DNA of 64,000 nt from Octopus bimaculoides (GCF_001194135.2 NC_068990.1:5966004-6030003), one strand, 5' to 3'. Numbered from the stretch's first letter, positions 24,688-38,318 are shown. Numbers and translations: made by a program. The notes: generated by a model from the letters alone, not told the origin.

Positions 24688-25979
24688 NNNNNNNNNNNNN
24701 NNNNNNNNNNNNNNNNNNNNNNNNNNNNNNNNNNNNNNNNNNNNNNNNNNNNNNNNNNNNNNNNNNNNNNNNNNNNNNNNNNNNNNNNNNNNNNNNNNNN
24801 NNNNNNNNNNNNNNNNNNNNNNNNNNNNNNNNNNNNNNNNNNNNNNNNNNNNNNNNNNNNNNNNNNNNNNNNNNNNNNNNNNNNNNNNNNNNNNNNNNNN
24901 NNNNNNNNNNNNNNNNNNNNNNNNNNNNNNNNNNNNNNNNNNNNNNNNNNNNNNNNNNNNNNNNNNNNNNNNNNNNNNNNNNNNNNNNNNNNNNNNNNNN
25001 NNNNNNNNNNNNNNNNNNNNNNNNNNNNNNNNNNNNNNNNNNNNNNNNNNNNNNNNNNNNNNNNNNNNNNNNNNNNNNNNNNNNNNNNNNNNNNNNNNNN
25101 NNNNNNNNNNNNNNNNNNNNNNNNNNNNNNNNNNNNNNNNNNNNNNNNNNNNNNNNNNNNNNNNNNNNNNNNNNNNNNNNNNNNNNNNNNNNNNNNNNNN
25201 NNNNNNNNNNNNNNNNNNNNNNNNNNNNNNNNNNNNNNNNTGTGTGTGTGTGTGTGTGCATATACCTTTCTCATTATTTCAGTTTATCTCAGTTTTCTTT
25301 TTAATTTTTCATATTTGGATTCCCTATAGAATTGCTATTCAAATGTTCAGGCAGTAAATTTGTATGCTAGTAATATTTTTCTATTTTCTCCGTAATCATT
25401 CTAATGCACTCCAAGTTATGTGACACGAATATATATTTCTTAACGCTCTTATTACGAATCCTATAATTTGTCGCTTTTCTAAAATATTTATTCTCCTAGA
25501 TTGTCAATTTTTCAGCAATCAACTTGTATTATAGTTAACATGACTCTTAAAGCCACTTACGTTATTCAAACTGTAAACTGTTGTTTTGCCTTCCTTGTTG
25601 TTATCATCGTGGCTATCGTAGTTGTCGTCGAAGTCTCCGTTGAGTATTCCCTAATCACTCGTCACATTACAGAATCGATATTGTAATTTGGCTGCCTGAA
25701 TACTTAGAAACCATCTTTAATTTCTGCACTTTTAGTTCTGTATTGATTACTGTAATGCAAATGTGTATCTTGTTTTAAAGTGGTGAATCAGGAGAATTCT
25801 TAGTGTCTGTGAAAATGTATTTCGGTACTTGTTCCAGTTCAAATCTCGTGAAATTCAACTTTGCTTTCCGTACTTTCCAAGTCGGATAAAATAAAATAAC
25901 CGTCAAGTATTGAGATCGATATTAATCAACAAGCCTTTTCAACCAAAACTGACCTAACATCGATTATCATTTAGAGTAG

Positions 25980-26165
25980 TAAGGCGGCGAGCTTGAAGAA
26001 TTGTTAGCACTTCGTACAAAATGCCAAGTACATTTTATCAATACTTTTTATTTCGAATTCAAATACTGCCGAGATTAAATTTGCTTTTAATCCTTACAGA
26101 GCTCAAGTACAAGGGTTGATTTAATCGACTAAAACCTTCCCCTAACATTGATGGGCTTGTGCCAT
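25980..26165 (+). mobile_element. SINE family B, diverged
   Basis: AAGGCGGCGAGCTTGAAGAATTGTTAGCAC..TTCAAATACTGCCGAG. Confidence 0.75.
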
Positions 26166-27666
26166 AATTTTAAACCATTGGGCAAGTATCTTCTTTCTAA
26201 CCACGCCAAGGAGGTTATGTTTTTGCCGGCGTTGGTTTGGGAAATTGGGCGATTTTCAACATGCGTATATATGGGTGGAAATGAGGTGGTCGGCGGAGAT
26301 CTGCGCTCTCTGAGTGCTTTTCTAGTTTGACAAGTGAAAAGTTTACAGATTTTTGTATTCATTTACTAAAAACCTTGAAATTCCCGTACTCAGTAGAAAC
26401 GAATATGATGTTAGTTACATCAATCCTAATTTTGGAATTCATCTCGGATTTTGCAGCCATCTGTATTCTACGGTAAATTTATTTTGAGTATTACTTTCAT
26501 AAGAGTTAGTAGAATTTCATGGCCTTGTTCAATTTATTATTCATGTTATTGTTACGTCTTTTAAGTAACATAAAACTTATTTTCTGATATACTTTAAGTC
26601 CAATTAGATATCACCTATGATAGTCTAATATAAGATGGACCGCGGTATAAAGCTCATCACATATAACTGAATCAGTGCTGAAGGTGCATTTCTCAAAACA
26701 AAATAAACTGGGCCGACTGATCAGTGATCTAAAGCTAAATCATATAACAGCTCTCCTGTCCTTTCTTCAGTCCCAATCACCTGCTTTCATTTATCATGCA
26801 GAGCTTCTGACTCTTACAACTACAAGCTGTATTTATCTATTATATATATTTACAGTTAAGTGTACTAAGCCAGCTAGTGTTAAACATTTCGACCTTGCAA
26901 ACAGCTCTCTGTTAACCATAGATTCTGAATGAATCATGGACGTTTCAAACAAAACAATATAGTTTACACTATCGATTTAGCAAGCTGTAACACTTACGAA
27001 TTGTTTATAGAAGAGAACTGATTTAGCAAGTTGGTAATTAGCCAAGCTTAATTGAAGATAAATTAGAGATGATGAAAGGATGGCTATGTTGTGTAAGAAA
27101 ATTATTTAAAAATAAAAAAAAAACAACTACATAACGATATTATAATGAATATAAAATGACTATGGTTCACAATGTTACTAAGAATCAGGTTTCATGTAAT
27201 GATTTCCAAAGCAAATATATTAACGAAGGAACAAACATTGAGACAAGTGTTTTTGATCGAGGCCAAATCTGAAAACAGGGTAAATAACATAATGAACTCG
27301 AGTAAAGTAAATCATTACACATTCGACAAGACTCGAGATTATATTGTCTATTCATTAATTAATTTACTTCTTTATTTCATTATTAATCTATTAGTTTTTT
27401 TTTTTTTCTTTGTAACCTCTCGTGGAACTGAAATCACCAAGGAGTGGGTTTTGCTCCGAACAGACTTGATATGTGAGTTAATAAGTTTGGGAAACATATG
27501 AATAACTCAACCTTCTAGCTTTCAGTTCATTCCATGTAAATGCAGATGGATGACTGAATGAACGGTTTGCATATTAAATATTTATAATAACGAGGGAGAG
27601 ACAGAGGCATTCGAAGTTGTGTATGTATGTATGTATGTATGTATGTATGTATGTATGTATGTATGT

Positions 27667-27926
27667 TATCAATCAGTTTCATTTCTGTATTTCTTGTCCA
27701 TAGAGAAAGAGCCGGACTCTAACATAGATTCAAGGCTCCTTCATTGGAACTTTTATCAACATCATCTAGGTATCTGTGCATATGTGTGTGTGTGCAGTAT
27801 TTGGTGTTAGTGTATGCGCAGATTTGTATGTTTGTTTTATGGATGCGTTTTTATGTCTAGATGCATGCATATGTATTTATGTGCTAAATTTTTGGAAAGT
27901 TTTACATATCTTTACAGTTCCATTGA
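27667..27926 (-). mobile_element. 3' end of R4-like LINE embedded in (GTAT)n
   Basis: Minus strand INGTVKICKTFQKFST* plus a 3' UTR homologous to 2844-3100; (GTAT)n on both sides. Confidence 0.85.
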
Positions 27927-28450
27927 TGTATGTATGTATGTATGTATGTATGTATGTATGTATGTATGTATGTATGTACGTGTATGTGTGTCTCTATGTA
28001 TGTAGGCATGTATGTATGTATGAATACGTATACGGGTATAGTTATACATATATATATTATTTTGTTGTGTAGGCACCGATACCTTTAACCCCGGGCAAAG
28101 ATCCCATAGACCAATTTACAGTATGTTATTTTTAGAGAATCTTTTATAGGTTCTTAAAATCTGGGTTGATAGACGTTTTGAGTATGAAGTCGATTGCATT
28201 GAGAATAAAACGTTCAGTTTTCTTTTTATTATATATACGCACACTCACAAACATGCATAGGCATATATTTATGCATACATAAAGTGTGTGTGTGCATGTG
28301 AATGAGCGTTTGTGTGTGTGTGTGTGTGTGCATGTGAATGAGCGTTTGTGTGTGTGCGTGTGTATTGTTTGTTTTATGTCGAGTTATAATAAAAACAACT
28401 TTAAACTGAAGGAATACTTGTATGTATGTATATATATATATATATATATA

Positions 28451-28571
28451 AGCCTACTACTTATTTTATCAGAAGGTTTTGCCGAATCGCTAAGTTACGG
28501 GAACGTAAACGCACCACCATCGGTTGTCAAGCGATGTTGGGGAGGGGACAAACACACACAAACATATATAT

Positions 28572-28641
<70 letters not shown>

Positions 28642-28805
28642 GACGGGCTTCTTTCAGTTTCCTCGACCAAATCCACTCACAAGGTTTTGGTCGGCGCAAG
28701 GCTATAGCAAAAGACACTTGCCCAAGATACCATGCATTGGGACTGAAACCGAAACCGCGTGGTTGGTAGGCATGCTACTTACCAAACAGCCACTCCTGCG
28801 CCTAT
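28451..28805 (-). mobile_element. SINE family C with internal (TA)n
   Basis: Reverse complement of the family C head (GGTAAGTAGC..CTTGGGCAAGTGTCTT..GAAAGAAGCCCGTCG) and body. Confidence 0.85.
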
Positions 28806-31098
28806 GTACATAAGCATTGAAAACGCATCTTGCAGATATAACGATATTCAGTATATTGCATGCTCAGCATTTCAAAAGCTATGATCAAATTATGCAGGCC
28901 ATCAAAAGGAACTAAACTCAATAACGCCGCGGATGAACAAAATATTGACCAAATTTCTTTAATTTTTTTTGCTTATTTCAGTGATTGTTGTATCATTTAG
29001 CTCCATGTCATACCTGATCCAGAAAATGCACTCCAATTGTAACCAACTCATTTTTTTTTTTATAACATTACATCTTGAACGAACTTAAATTATATGTCTT
29101 CCAACCGTATCATATGATTTCAGGGAGATTTGGCTACTATTATTAGAAAGTCAAGCGACGAAATAGAGTATCTTCACTCGAGTTTACAGATGATGTTTAA
29201 CCCTTCATCGGCCCTAACTGAAAGATTTTTTATCAAAGGCATTCCAATCGAGACCTTCCCCCTTATTTTTTAATGCTCATTGTAGCCTTGACTACGTTAT
29301 GTAATGTGTTCTTCCTTTCATTTTAATAAACTTCAATGTAATTTGAAAGAGGCTTCTCCGCTATTTTAGTAGTCCGTGCCAATCGCGTAGAGGCTTCCTT
29401 GTTTTTCTCTCCGCAGTCTATAAAACAGCAACTACCTATTTACCACTTAACAAAATGGGTCACTGAACGCTACATCCCTGAACCATATGTACGTTGTAGC
29501 GTTAGCAACAAGACACCATCAACAGACACTTCAGAGAGAAATATGGATCGTTATCAATTCATAGAATTCTTCCTCTCCATTTCAACTGCAATATCATAAC
29601 TAAAAATAATTTATTAATGGTTCAAGACATCAGGAAATTTTCTTTTTGACAAGGATAGAGAAAAAAACAAGCTGCGCTAAAGGTCTTGTCTGAGAAATTA
29701 ATACATTCCCAGCAGCATGTAACAAACACTTGAATCTTGACCCAGCCTGAACTATTAATATTTTATTAAATCGGGCATTTTATTTCTGAAATCAATACAA
29801 ATAATAAATATCTAAATTGAAATTGGGCGTTGCCTCACTGAAATGACAAACGTGCAATCGTAATTTGACATTTTATTTTATTTATTTTTTTATGCATTCA
29901 TAGAGATTCGAAAAACTGCTGGTGCAATAAAAAATGTAGCTAATCCTGGAGAAACGCTGTGTAACTGAATCCCGCACCTATTTTTGAATGTTTTTGGTGT
30001 AATTACCACTGTGATACGCCGCCTCGACGAATTCAAGTTGCCATTTTGAAAACGTTTATATCTCCACCAACAACCGTTTGGTGGTAATAGTGTGTTGTTA
30101 TTTATCATCAAATTAGTTTTCGTCGAGTAAACATATAAACAGAGCTCTACTAGTCATAATTTTCCAGATTTTTTCCAAAGCACATTGTACCTATATACAC
30201 ACCCATAGTATGCTAGCCCTTTCTAACAAAGCAGGCTGCGATTTGAGTGAGATTTAGCGACTATCTCTTGCAGGCCGAGCAAATGAAAGTTCACATATTG
30301 ATAAGATAAATTCATCCATTACTGCAGAGGGAAAATAACTTCCAGGCAAAACTCGGGTCTGAGTGAAAGAGAGCAATGCCAAGAGAAGAGTGTGAGAGAG
30401 AGAGAGGGAGAGACAGAGCGGGTGGGGAGCAAATCATCCCAAATTTTTATATCATTCGTGTCCCGTTTATTATTGCACTAGTTCTCTATTACAAGTTGTG
30501 TATATTAACTTCCAAATCTCTATATAGTAGGATATATCTGAGAAATATATATATATATATACAGATATATNNNNNNNNNNATATATATGCGTATGTGTGT
30601 GTATAAATGTATGTATACACACACATAAACACACACACACACACACAATCCTTTCTTTGAGCTTTCAACCTATGATCAGATGGTTAGGTCACTGTCATGA
30701 TAAACAATGTGACTTGGGTATTTTATAACAATAACATAATTTTATTTTATATAAATTCCACAATTAAATTTGTTGATTGCTGGCTTAAGGTTGAACAGTT
30801 ACTGTATTACAGTCAACAAATAAGATTGCACAGTAAATTAAAGTTACTTTGTTTCTATTGCTGTATTTTTTATTGAGCTGTCGTTTCTAAAATGAGTTTA
30901 TTAAAATCATGCTGTTCTTTCATTACAGCATGAAGGGAATCATTCTTTCTAGATTGTGGGGTTTCTGTTGTTATGTCATGTTTAATTACAGACGCGATTG
31001 AAATATTATTTCAACCTGATCTGTTCAAATGCTTCAGAAAATACAAATATCGACAATATTTATATAGAATTATGCATAGAATATTTATTAAACCTATC

Positions 31099-31803
31099 TC
31101 AAACTCCTCCTGTTTTTTTTAGTTTAGTCAGTGTTTTATGTTGTGCCTTGGTTAAGTTTGGAGTCATTTTCGATTCCTTCCTTAAGATGTTGGAGACAGA
31201 CTGTTTCAATCTGGATAGTTGGTGGTTGAGTTCTTGGTTGGTTAGAGTGGGTGGAGTGGGTTGTCTAGTTGGTACGTGAGAAATTTGCCGAGTGTGCTGT
31301 TGTTCTTCTTCTTTATCACCGATAGCCATTTGAGTTGGTAGGCTGTTCGACAAAAGTTGGCTTCCAGGTCGAATAAGAATTTTTCATTCGGCTGTTGGCT
31401 CAAGATAAATTTAGGGCCCAGACTGGGAAGTTCTAGTTCTTCATGTGAGAGTGACCCACTCAAGTCTGTGACTAGGTAGGGATTTCGTTGCTGATGGTGT
31501 GCTGGCGTCCTCGGTGTTAGTGTTATCGCGTTCGGTGGACGTGTCCTGTTCATTTGTGTCGGTGTAAAAGGTTGAGTTGTGTCGGTATTCGATACAAAGC
31601 CACTGGAATTGAAGTTTGAGGCGATTCTTCTCTTGGTCAACGCAGTGGTGGTAGCATCGGTCAATAGCTGCGGTTGTTCTTCGGTATGTATGTTCAATGG
31701 CTGATGTGATGCTGGATATCATTTCAGAGAATTTGCGTATGTGTTCATGTAGTTGTTGGTGTAGATGGCGCAATTTGAGTTTTTTCTTATTCTCAGTAGC
31801 CAA
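31099..31803 (-). mobile_element. Penelope-like element ORF N-terminal region (frameshifted)
   Basis: DLSGSLSHEELELPSLGPKFILSQQPNEKFLFDLEANFCRTAYQLKW and KMTPNLTKAQHKTLTKLKK match the PLE pre-RT motifs (NLS..L...E..LL..GL.F; NLT.EE..AL..L). Confidence 0.8.
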
Positions 31804-31829
31804 ACTATATTGCTATAAGCAGTTAAATC

Positions 31830-31884
<55 letters not shown>

Positions 31885-31885
<1 letters not shown>

Positions 31886-32240
31886 CTGTATTTAATCATT
31901 TAAATTCTTCATTTGAAAGAGCTGGTTTCTAAGAAAGATACAAAGCTCCATCTTAGATAACAAAAACAATGTCACATCTTAAATGTGAGAAAGGTCTTGC
32001 ATATTTTTACTGTTCCGCTTACAGACTGTATTTGTAAGGTGCGAATCAGTTGGTCGGTTTCTTTTTCTGAAAATCCAAGCTTATCTAGAATGAAAGTTAG
32101 CCATTTACTTACAAAACCAAGCGCTCCAACTATTATTGGTATGAATGTAAATTTGTTTTTATCTACAAGATAAAAAAAATGATCGAAAGATAGCAACAGG
32201 AAGTCACCTTTGCACTCTCCCATTTAAATCCAATGACTAA
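31885..32240 (-). mobile_element. 3' end of R4-like LINE (REL C-terminus and UTR) next to a (CA)n tract
   Basis: FTFIPIIVGALGFVSKWL..LDKLGFSEKETDQLIRTLQIQSVSGTVKICKTFLTFKM*; (GT)n at 31833-31884. Confidence 0.85.
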
Positions 32241-33308
32241 CACTGTATGTATGTCAACAAAGTTTACAATCGTTATTTGTTGATTTTATAAAGGGGAAAA
32301 ATGACGGAGCATATGATTATATATTGTTTTCAACTGGGGTCTGAAAGAGGAAAGAACTCATAGAAACGTATATTCTAATACGGGTGTAACCATGTAAATA
32401 TGAATTAAGTGGGGAGTCGAATATTACAATTCCAATCATTATAGAAGTGTAGATCCGCCACGTAAAGGATATTGATTTATTCATGCGATCTGGAATAGCG
32501 GGAGTAGCGGTTAAGAAAATGGAACGGGTGTGTGTGTTAGATGGCTCTAGCTATCTGCGGGTATGCAGATAGCTAGTTTAAAATAAACAGAGACCATTAG
32601 AGTAACGCGAGATAAAATTGAGAGAAAACTGTTCGCGTCGTAATTTATAGCTGTTGCGTGTTGTTGAGAAAATATTTTCATGCTTGTAGCGTGTGGGTAT
32701 AGAAATACTTGCCGATAATCTCTGCTCAAACTTAAATCGCTTGTCAGGCTTAGTCTCCACGAAGTGTATCAAAAGTAATTTTGCCAGACAGAGCTAATCT
32801 TTCTTCACACTATTAGTTATCTCTTGTGTACGACTATTAAGAGAAGTGAAACGATTGATCAGACAATTCAGCTACTATTGCAGACAAGACATTGCCCACC
32901 TCCACATCACTCCACGGTGCTAAATTTAATTGATATATAGCATAATATGCTTTCTTTTTTCTTTTTCCACACTGTATAGACAGAAACTCCCATCTTACAC
33001 GTGAAATATTTATACCACCAATTTTATTTAAAATTACGTCTTATATCTCCTAAGTTATTTATTTTTTATATGATCAATAGTATTTAAGTTTATTTACAGA
33101 TATATTATAACAGCAATATAACATAATAAAACGAGAAGTACCCAAATTCAAAGAGCACCTAAAAACTAGTTGTCGTCTCTAAATCGCAACAAATTCATCG
33201 TTATAAAATACATTTCTTGAGAGAAAACAGGTCCATTTTCAACTCAAAATGGTTCTACTAAAAAGTAAATAAAATAAAACAGAAAGTGCGTCCGCGTAAC
33301 CAGAAAAT

Positions 33309-33690
33309 GTTGGCACTCCATCGGTTACGACGACGAGGATTCCAGTTGATCCGATCAACAGAACAGCCTGCTCGTGAAATTAACGTGCAAGTGGCTGAGC
33401 ACTCCACAGACACGTGTACCTTTAACGTAGTTCTCGGGGATATTCAGCGTGACACAGTGTGACAAGGCTGGCCCTTTGAATTACAGGTACAACAGAAACA
33501 GGAAGAAAGAGTGAGAGAAAGTTGTGGTGAAAGAGTACAGCAGGGTTCGCCACAAACCCCCTGCCGGAGCCTCGTGGAGCTTTAAGTGTTTTCGCTCAGT
33601 AAACACTCACAACGCCCGGTCTGGGAATCGAAACCGCGATCCTACGACCGCGAGTCCGCTGCCCTAACCACTGGGCCATTGTGCCTCCAC
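33309..33690 (-). mobile_element. SINE family A, full length, with about 11-bp TSD
   Basis: Reverse complement of family A; AACCAGAAAAT (33298-33308) versus AACCAGCAAAT (33691-33701). Confidence 0.9.
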
Positions 33691-34044
33691 AACCAGCAAA
33701 TAGGCGGTTGATATTTAGAATTAGTTAAGAGAAAATGTTGCGATATGAGTATTTTCCAAACAATAAAAACAACAGAAAAATCGTAGAAATCAATAACACA
33801 CTAAGATGTAGCTTAGATATTCCAGAATGCAAACAACTGGAATGCACCCAGAAAGGACAATGTCCTGAATTTTTGATTAAAATATCTAATAATTACCAAA
33901 TGAAGTACTTTCAAATATTTGACAATTTAATGAAAAAAGCCCGAATAGTCTACAGATGGGGAATCGATCCTCAAGATTGACGAAACAGAAAACACCAGAA
34001 TTACAGATCTATAACTTGTACATACGATATACAAAGCATTATAA

Positions 34045-34668
34045 GGCGACGAGCCGGCAGAAACGTTGGCACGCCGGGCGAAATGCATAGCGGTATTTTA
34101 TCTGTCTTTACGTTCTGAGTTCAAATTCCGCCGAGGTCGACTTTACCATTCATCCCTGCGGGGTCGATAAATTAAGTACCAGTTACGCACTGGGGTCGAT
34201 GTAATGGACTTAATCCGTTCGTCTGTTCTTGTTTGTTCCCTCTATGTTTAGCCCCTTGTGGGCAATAACGAAATAGGTATTTTATCTGCCTTTACGTTCT
34301 GAGTTCAAATTCCGCCGAGGTCGACTTTACCATTCATCCCTTCGGGGTCGATAACTTAAGTACCAGTTGCGTATTGAGTCGATCTAATTGATTGGCCCCT
34401 CTCCCCAAAAATTTCGGACCTTGTGCCTGGAGTTGAAAAGAATATTAAAGGCGGTGAGCTGGCAGAAACGTTAGCACGCCGGGCGAAATTCTTAGCAGTA
34501 TTTCGTCTGTCTGTACCTTCTGAATTCAAATTCCGCCGAGGTCGGCTTTGCCTTTCATCCCTTTGGAGTCGATAAATTAAGCACCAGTTGCGTACTGGGT
34601 CGAGTTAATCGACTACTCCCCCCCCCAAAAAAAAAATTTCGGGCTTGTACCTTGAGTAGAAAAGAATG
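34045..34668 (+). mobile_element. family B SINE multimer (three units) under one 15-bp TSD
   Basis: Units at about 34045-34277, 34278-34446 and 34447-34667; TACAAAGCATTATAA at 34030-34044 and 34669-34683. Confidence 0.85.
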
Positions 34669-35071
34669 TACAAAGCATTATAACATTATCAACCTTATTA
34701 TTGCAAAGGTTATTATATATGCCACCTTGAGAAAATTAACTGACATGGAAAAAAAAAACATGTAGTTCTAGAAGTTATAAGAGAATTGTACCGCATAAGT
34801 TTCATGTGGCTATAAGGGAAACTAACTATAACTAAGGTCTGTACAAGTAATAGGAAGGATGCAAGAATTCGATTGGTTTCATTATCAGAAGAGTTTTGAA
34901 GATGTTCCTTGATAGAGGTTTCTGAAAGCATCATCCGTGAGCACGGCTACATCATAGTTAACTGCGTATGTGAAGTAAAAACATAATTTTACAGATCGAA
35001 ACGAAAGAGTTAACATTTAAAAAAATCCCCAAACCGATAAGTAATTGATAAGCTCTTTTTTCCTTTCTTTA

Positions 35072-35120
<49 letters not shown>

Positions 35121-35189
35121 CACACACACTATCTCTCTCCATTTGGTATCTTTCTGATGCTAATATCTGTAACCACCATATTAAAAGAT

Positions 35190-35760
35190 TAATTACAGAT
35201 AAACCTACTGTGGGATGATAGTCAAACATCTTTATTTTGAAACATTACTATGTTGTAAGTCGCATATGGAAACGTCAGGAAATCTTGTTTCATACGTTGT
35301 ACATATTCACTTGGGAAATAAGTTTGAACATGGATTGGAAAAAGGCGTCCAAGAAACCTCCAGGAGAGGAAAAGTGATAAACACCAATATCACATTAGAT
35401 AAGAAATAACGTTTGGGCAATTAGATTAAAGACAGACAAATACTTCCCAAACTAATGAATTAGATAATTTACAAAACACACGAAAGAAAGAAATATTCGG
35501 AAGGAATTTATGGACACATTAGATCAATACTAAAATTAAGGTAATATGTATCAATGCTCTTATGGCTCTAGTAATAACTAATCAGAGATAAAATTCTCTA
35601 TAGGCAGCCAAGTGAGAATAAACGAGACTAGATACATGAACAAAGAAAATAATAACTACTGAGAAATATCAATAACCATGAAGACAGGGAGATAGGGATC
35701 TTCCATTAACTAATAAACAGTTATAAAATATCTACAGAAGGACTATAAAAATAGATAGCA
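35190..35760 (+). mobile_element. degenerate R4-like RT fragment
   Basis: NLLWDD (decayed YMDD), FEHGLEKGVQETSRRGKVINTNITLDK (compare MEFGLEKCAK..RRGK), and later KVICINAL..RLDT*TKK. Confidence 0.65.
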
Positions 35761-36214
35761 AAGAATATAATACAAATGTCTACTTAACATGAACGAAACA
35801 ATTCTGAGAAACTGTTTGTTTTTTATAGATGTAGAAATGACAGTTGACGTTCAAATCATGTGGTTGGGAGTCTAATCGTAATGCGAGGCACCATGAAAAG
35901 TGTCCTTTACCATGGCTGGACGCCGACCATGCATTGGGTGAAATGATAGACAGACACTGTGCAAAATCCTCTAATATGCGTGTGTGTGTGAAACAGAATA
36001 CACGTAAATGTGTTTGTGTTTGTGTGTATGTGTGTACTGATTTATATTCTGTTATTACAAGCTGAGAGAATTCCAATTTATGGCAATACCCCGATACTTG
36101 AAGTTTCGCGGAAATATTTATTTAGATGATAGCTCAAGCAAATCTTATTAAAGCCATCATTATAAACAAATATATGCAAATATGGATGATTAAACATAAA
36201 TATTTCCATACATG

Positions 36215-36278
<64 letters not shown>

Positions 36279-36711
36279 NNNNNNNNNNNNNNNNNNNNNN
36301 NNNNNNNNNNNNNNNNNNNNNNNNNNNNNNNNNNNNNNNNNNNNNNNNNNNNNNNNNNNNNNNNNNNNNNNNNNNNNNNNNNNNNNNNNNNNNNNNNNNN
36401 NNNNNNNNNNNNNNNNNNNNNNNNNNNNNNNNNNNNNNNNNNNNNNNNNNNNNNNNNNNNNNNNNNNNNNNNNNNNNNNNNNNNNNNNNNNNNNNNNNNN
36501 NNNNNNNNNNNNNNNNNNNNNNNNNNNNNNNNNNNNNNNNNNNNNNNNNNNNNNNNNNNNNNNNNNNNNNNNNNNNNNNNNNNNNNNNNNNNNNNNNNNN
36601 NNNNNNNNNNNNNNNNNNNNNNNNNNNNNNNNNNNNNNNNNNNNNNNNNNNNNNNNNNNNNNNNNNNNNNNNNNNNNNNNNNNNNNNNNNNNNNNNNNNN
36701 NNNNNNNNNNN

Positions 36712-36893
36712 NATATATATATATATATATACGACGGGCTTCTTTATGTTTCCGTCTACCAAATCCCATTCACAAGGCTTTGGTCAATCTGAGACTATAG
36801 TAGAAGACACTTGCCCAAGGTGCGACGCAATGAGACTGAACCTGGAACCAAGTGGTTAAGAAGCAAGCTTCTTACCACAATGCCCCGCCTGCA
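36712..36893 (-). mobile_element. SINE family C head (remainder lost in gap)
   Basis: CGACGGGCTTCTT..GACACTTGCCCAAGGTGC..GCTTCTTACCAC. Confidence 0.8.
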
Positions 36894-37131
36894 CCTGGTT
36901 TTTATTCCTTGAACGGGCGATACGCGTTATCCTTGAGCGTGGCACATTGCTTCGCATGACTAGAGTTTACTGGCTGGAGATTAGTATCACCTGATGGCTA
37001 TTGCAAATCTCTCTCCCTCCATCCATCGCATCCTGGATGTTCCGCTGGATCAAAGGATAGGAGAGTTGAGAATGTGTCTGTCTTCTCACAACTACAAAGA
37101 CATCTAAAACAATTAACGAAAGCATGATATA

Positions 37132-37258
37132 CAGGGTGTCCACAAGGTCTGGGTACATGGACTAAATAAAATCATAACATAAACAATTAAATATAAGAAA
37201 TTATAATTTTTTTAAGTATGTGTTAATCCCCATGTACCCAGACTTTGTGGACACCCTG
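37132..37258. mobile_element. Tc1/mariner-type MITE
   Basis: 29-bp TIRs CAGGGTGTCCACAA(G/A)GTCTGGGTACATGG with one mismatch; TA on both sides (37130-37131 and 37259-37260). Confidence 0.92.
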
Positions 37259-37419
37259 TATGTTACTGAGTCATACTCGTGCGCGGGTGACGGCTGGCTC
37301 TCTTTCAGACATATAGGTAAGAGAAGTAAAAGGATTTTATTGATACCAGAACATGACCGGTATCTTTTCATTGTCCCCAGTAAAATTTGAACTCAGAACG
37401 TAAAAATCATTATTATGAT

Positions 37420-37615
37420 GACGGTGAGCTGACCGAATCGTTAGCACGCCGTGCATTTCCTCTCTTTATGTTCTGAGTTCAAATACCACCGGGGTTGATT
37501 TTGCCTATCATCTTTTCGGGGTCGATAAAATAAGTACCAGTTGAGCACAGGGGTCAATGTAATCGACTTAACTCCTGCCCCGAAACTGCTGACCTTGTGC
37601 CAAAATTTGAAACCA
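37420..37615 (+). mobile_element. SINE family B
   Basis: GACGGTGAGCTGACCGAATCGTTAGCACGCCG..GGGGTCGATAAAATAAGTACCAG..TGTGCCAAAATTTGAAACC. Confidence 0.85.
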
Positions 37616-38002
37616 TACATAGATTATCAAAATAAAGAATTTTGAAAATAGATGGTAGACTGGCTGGACTGTGTGGGCGTCTGACAAAAATGTCTTGCGG
37701 CATTTAATAACGATCTTTTTACATTTTGAGTTTATATTCTGCCGAGGTCATCTTTGCGCTTTGATAAAACAAGCTGCCAGTCAGATATGGTCATCGATAT
37801 AACTGACTGCAACTCCTTCTAAAATTTGGGTCCTAGTGTCAGTATATGAAAACAAGAGAAAACATCTTGTACAGTTNNNNNNNNNNNNNNNNNNNNNNNN
37901 NNNNNNNNNNNNNNNNNNNNNNNNNNNNNNNNNNNNNNNNNNNNNNNNNNNNNNNNNNNNNNNNNNNNNNNNNNNNNNNNNNNNNNNNNNNNNNNNNNNN
38001 NN

Positions 38003-38318
38003 GTGAAATTAACGTGCAAGTGGCTGAGCACTCCACAGACACGCGTACCCTTAACGTAGTTCTCGGGGAGACTCAGCGTGACACAGTGTGACAAGGCTGA
38101 CCCTTTGAATTACAGGTACAACAGAAACAGGAAGTAAGAGTGAGAGAAAGTTGTGGGGAAAGAGTACAGCAGGGTTCGCCAGCATCCCCTGCCGGAGCCT
38201 CATGGAGCTTTATGTGTTTTCGCTCAATAAACACTCACAACGCCCGGTCTGGGAATCGAAACCGCGATCCTATGACCGCGAATCCGCTGCCCTAACCACT
38301 GGGCCATTGCGCCTCCAC
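38003..38318 (-). mobile_element. SINE family A (3' end in gap)
   Basis: Reverse complement of family A ending GGGCCATTGCGCCTCCAC. Confidence 0.9.

Noticed and set aside
36970-37100. Minus-strand open frame as an exon
   Set aside because: GCDGWRERDL resembles an RTE LINE terminus; more likely a relic, and too weak to list as a feature.
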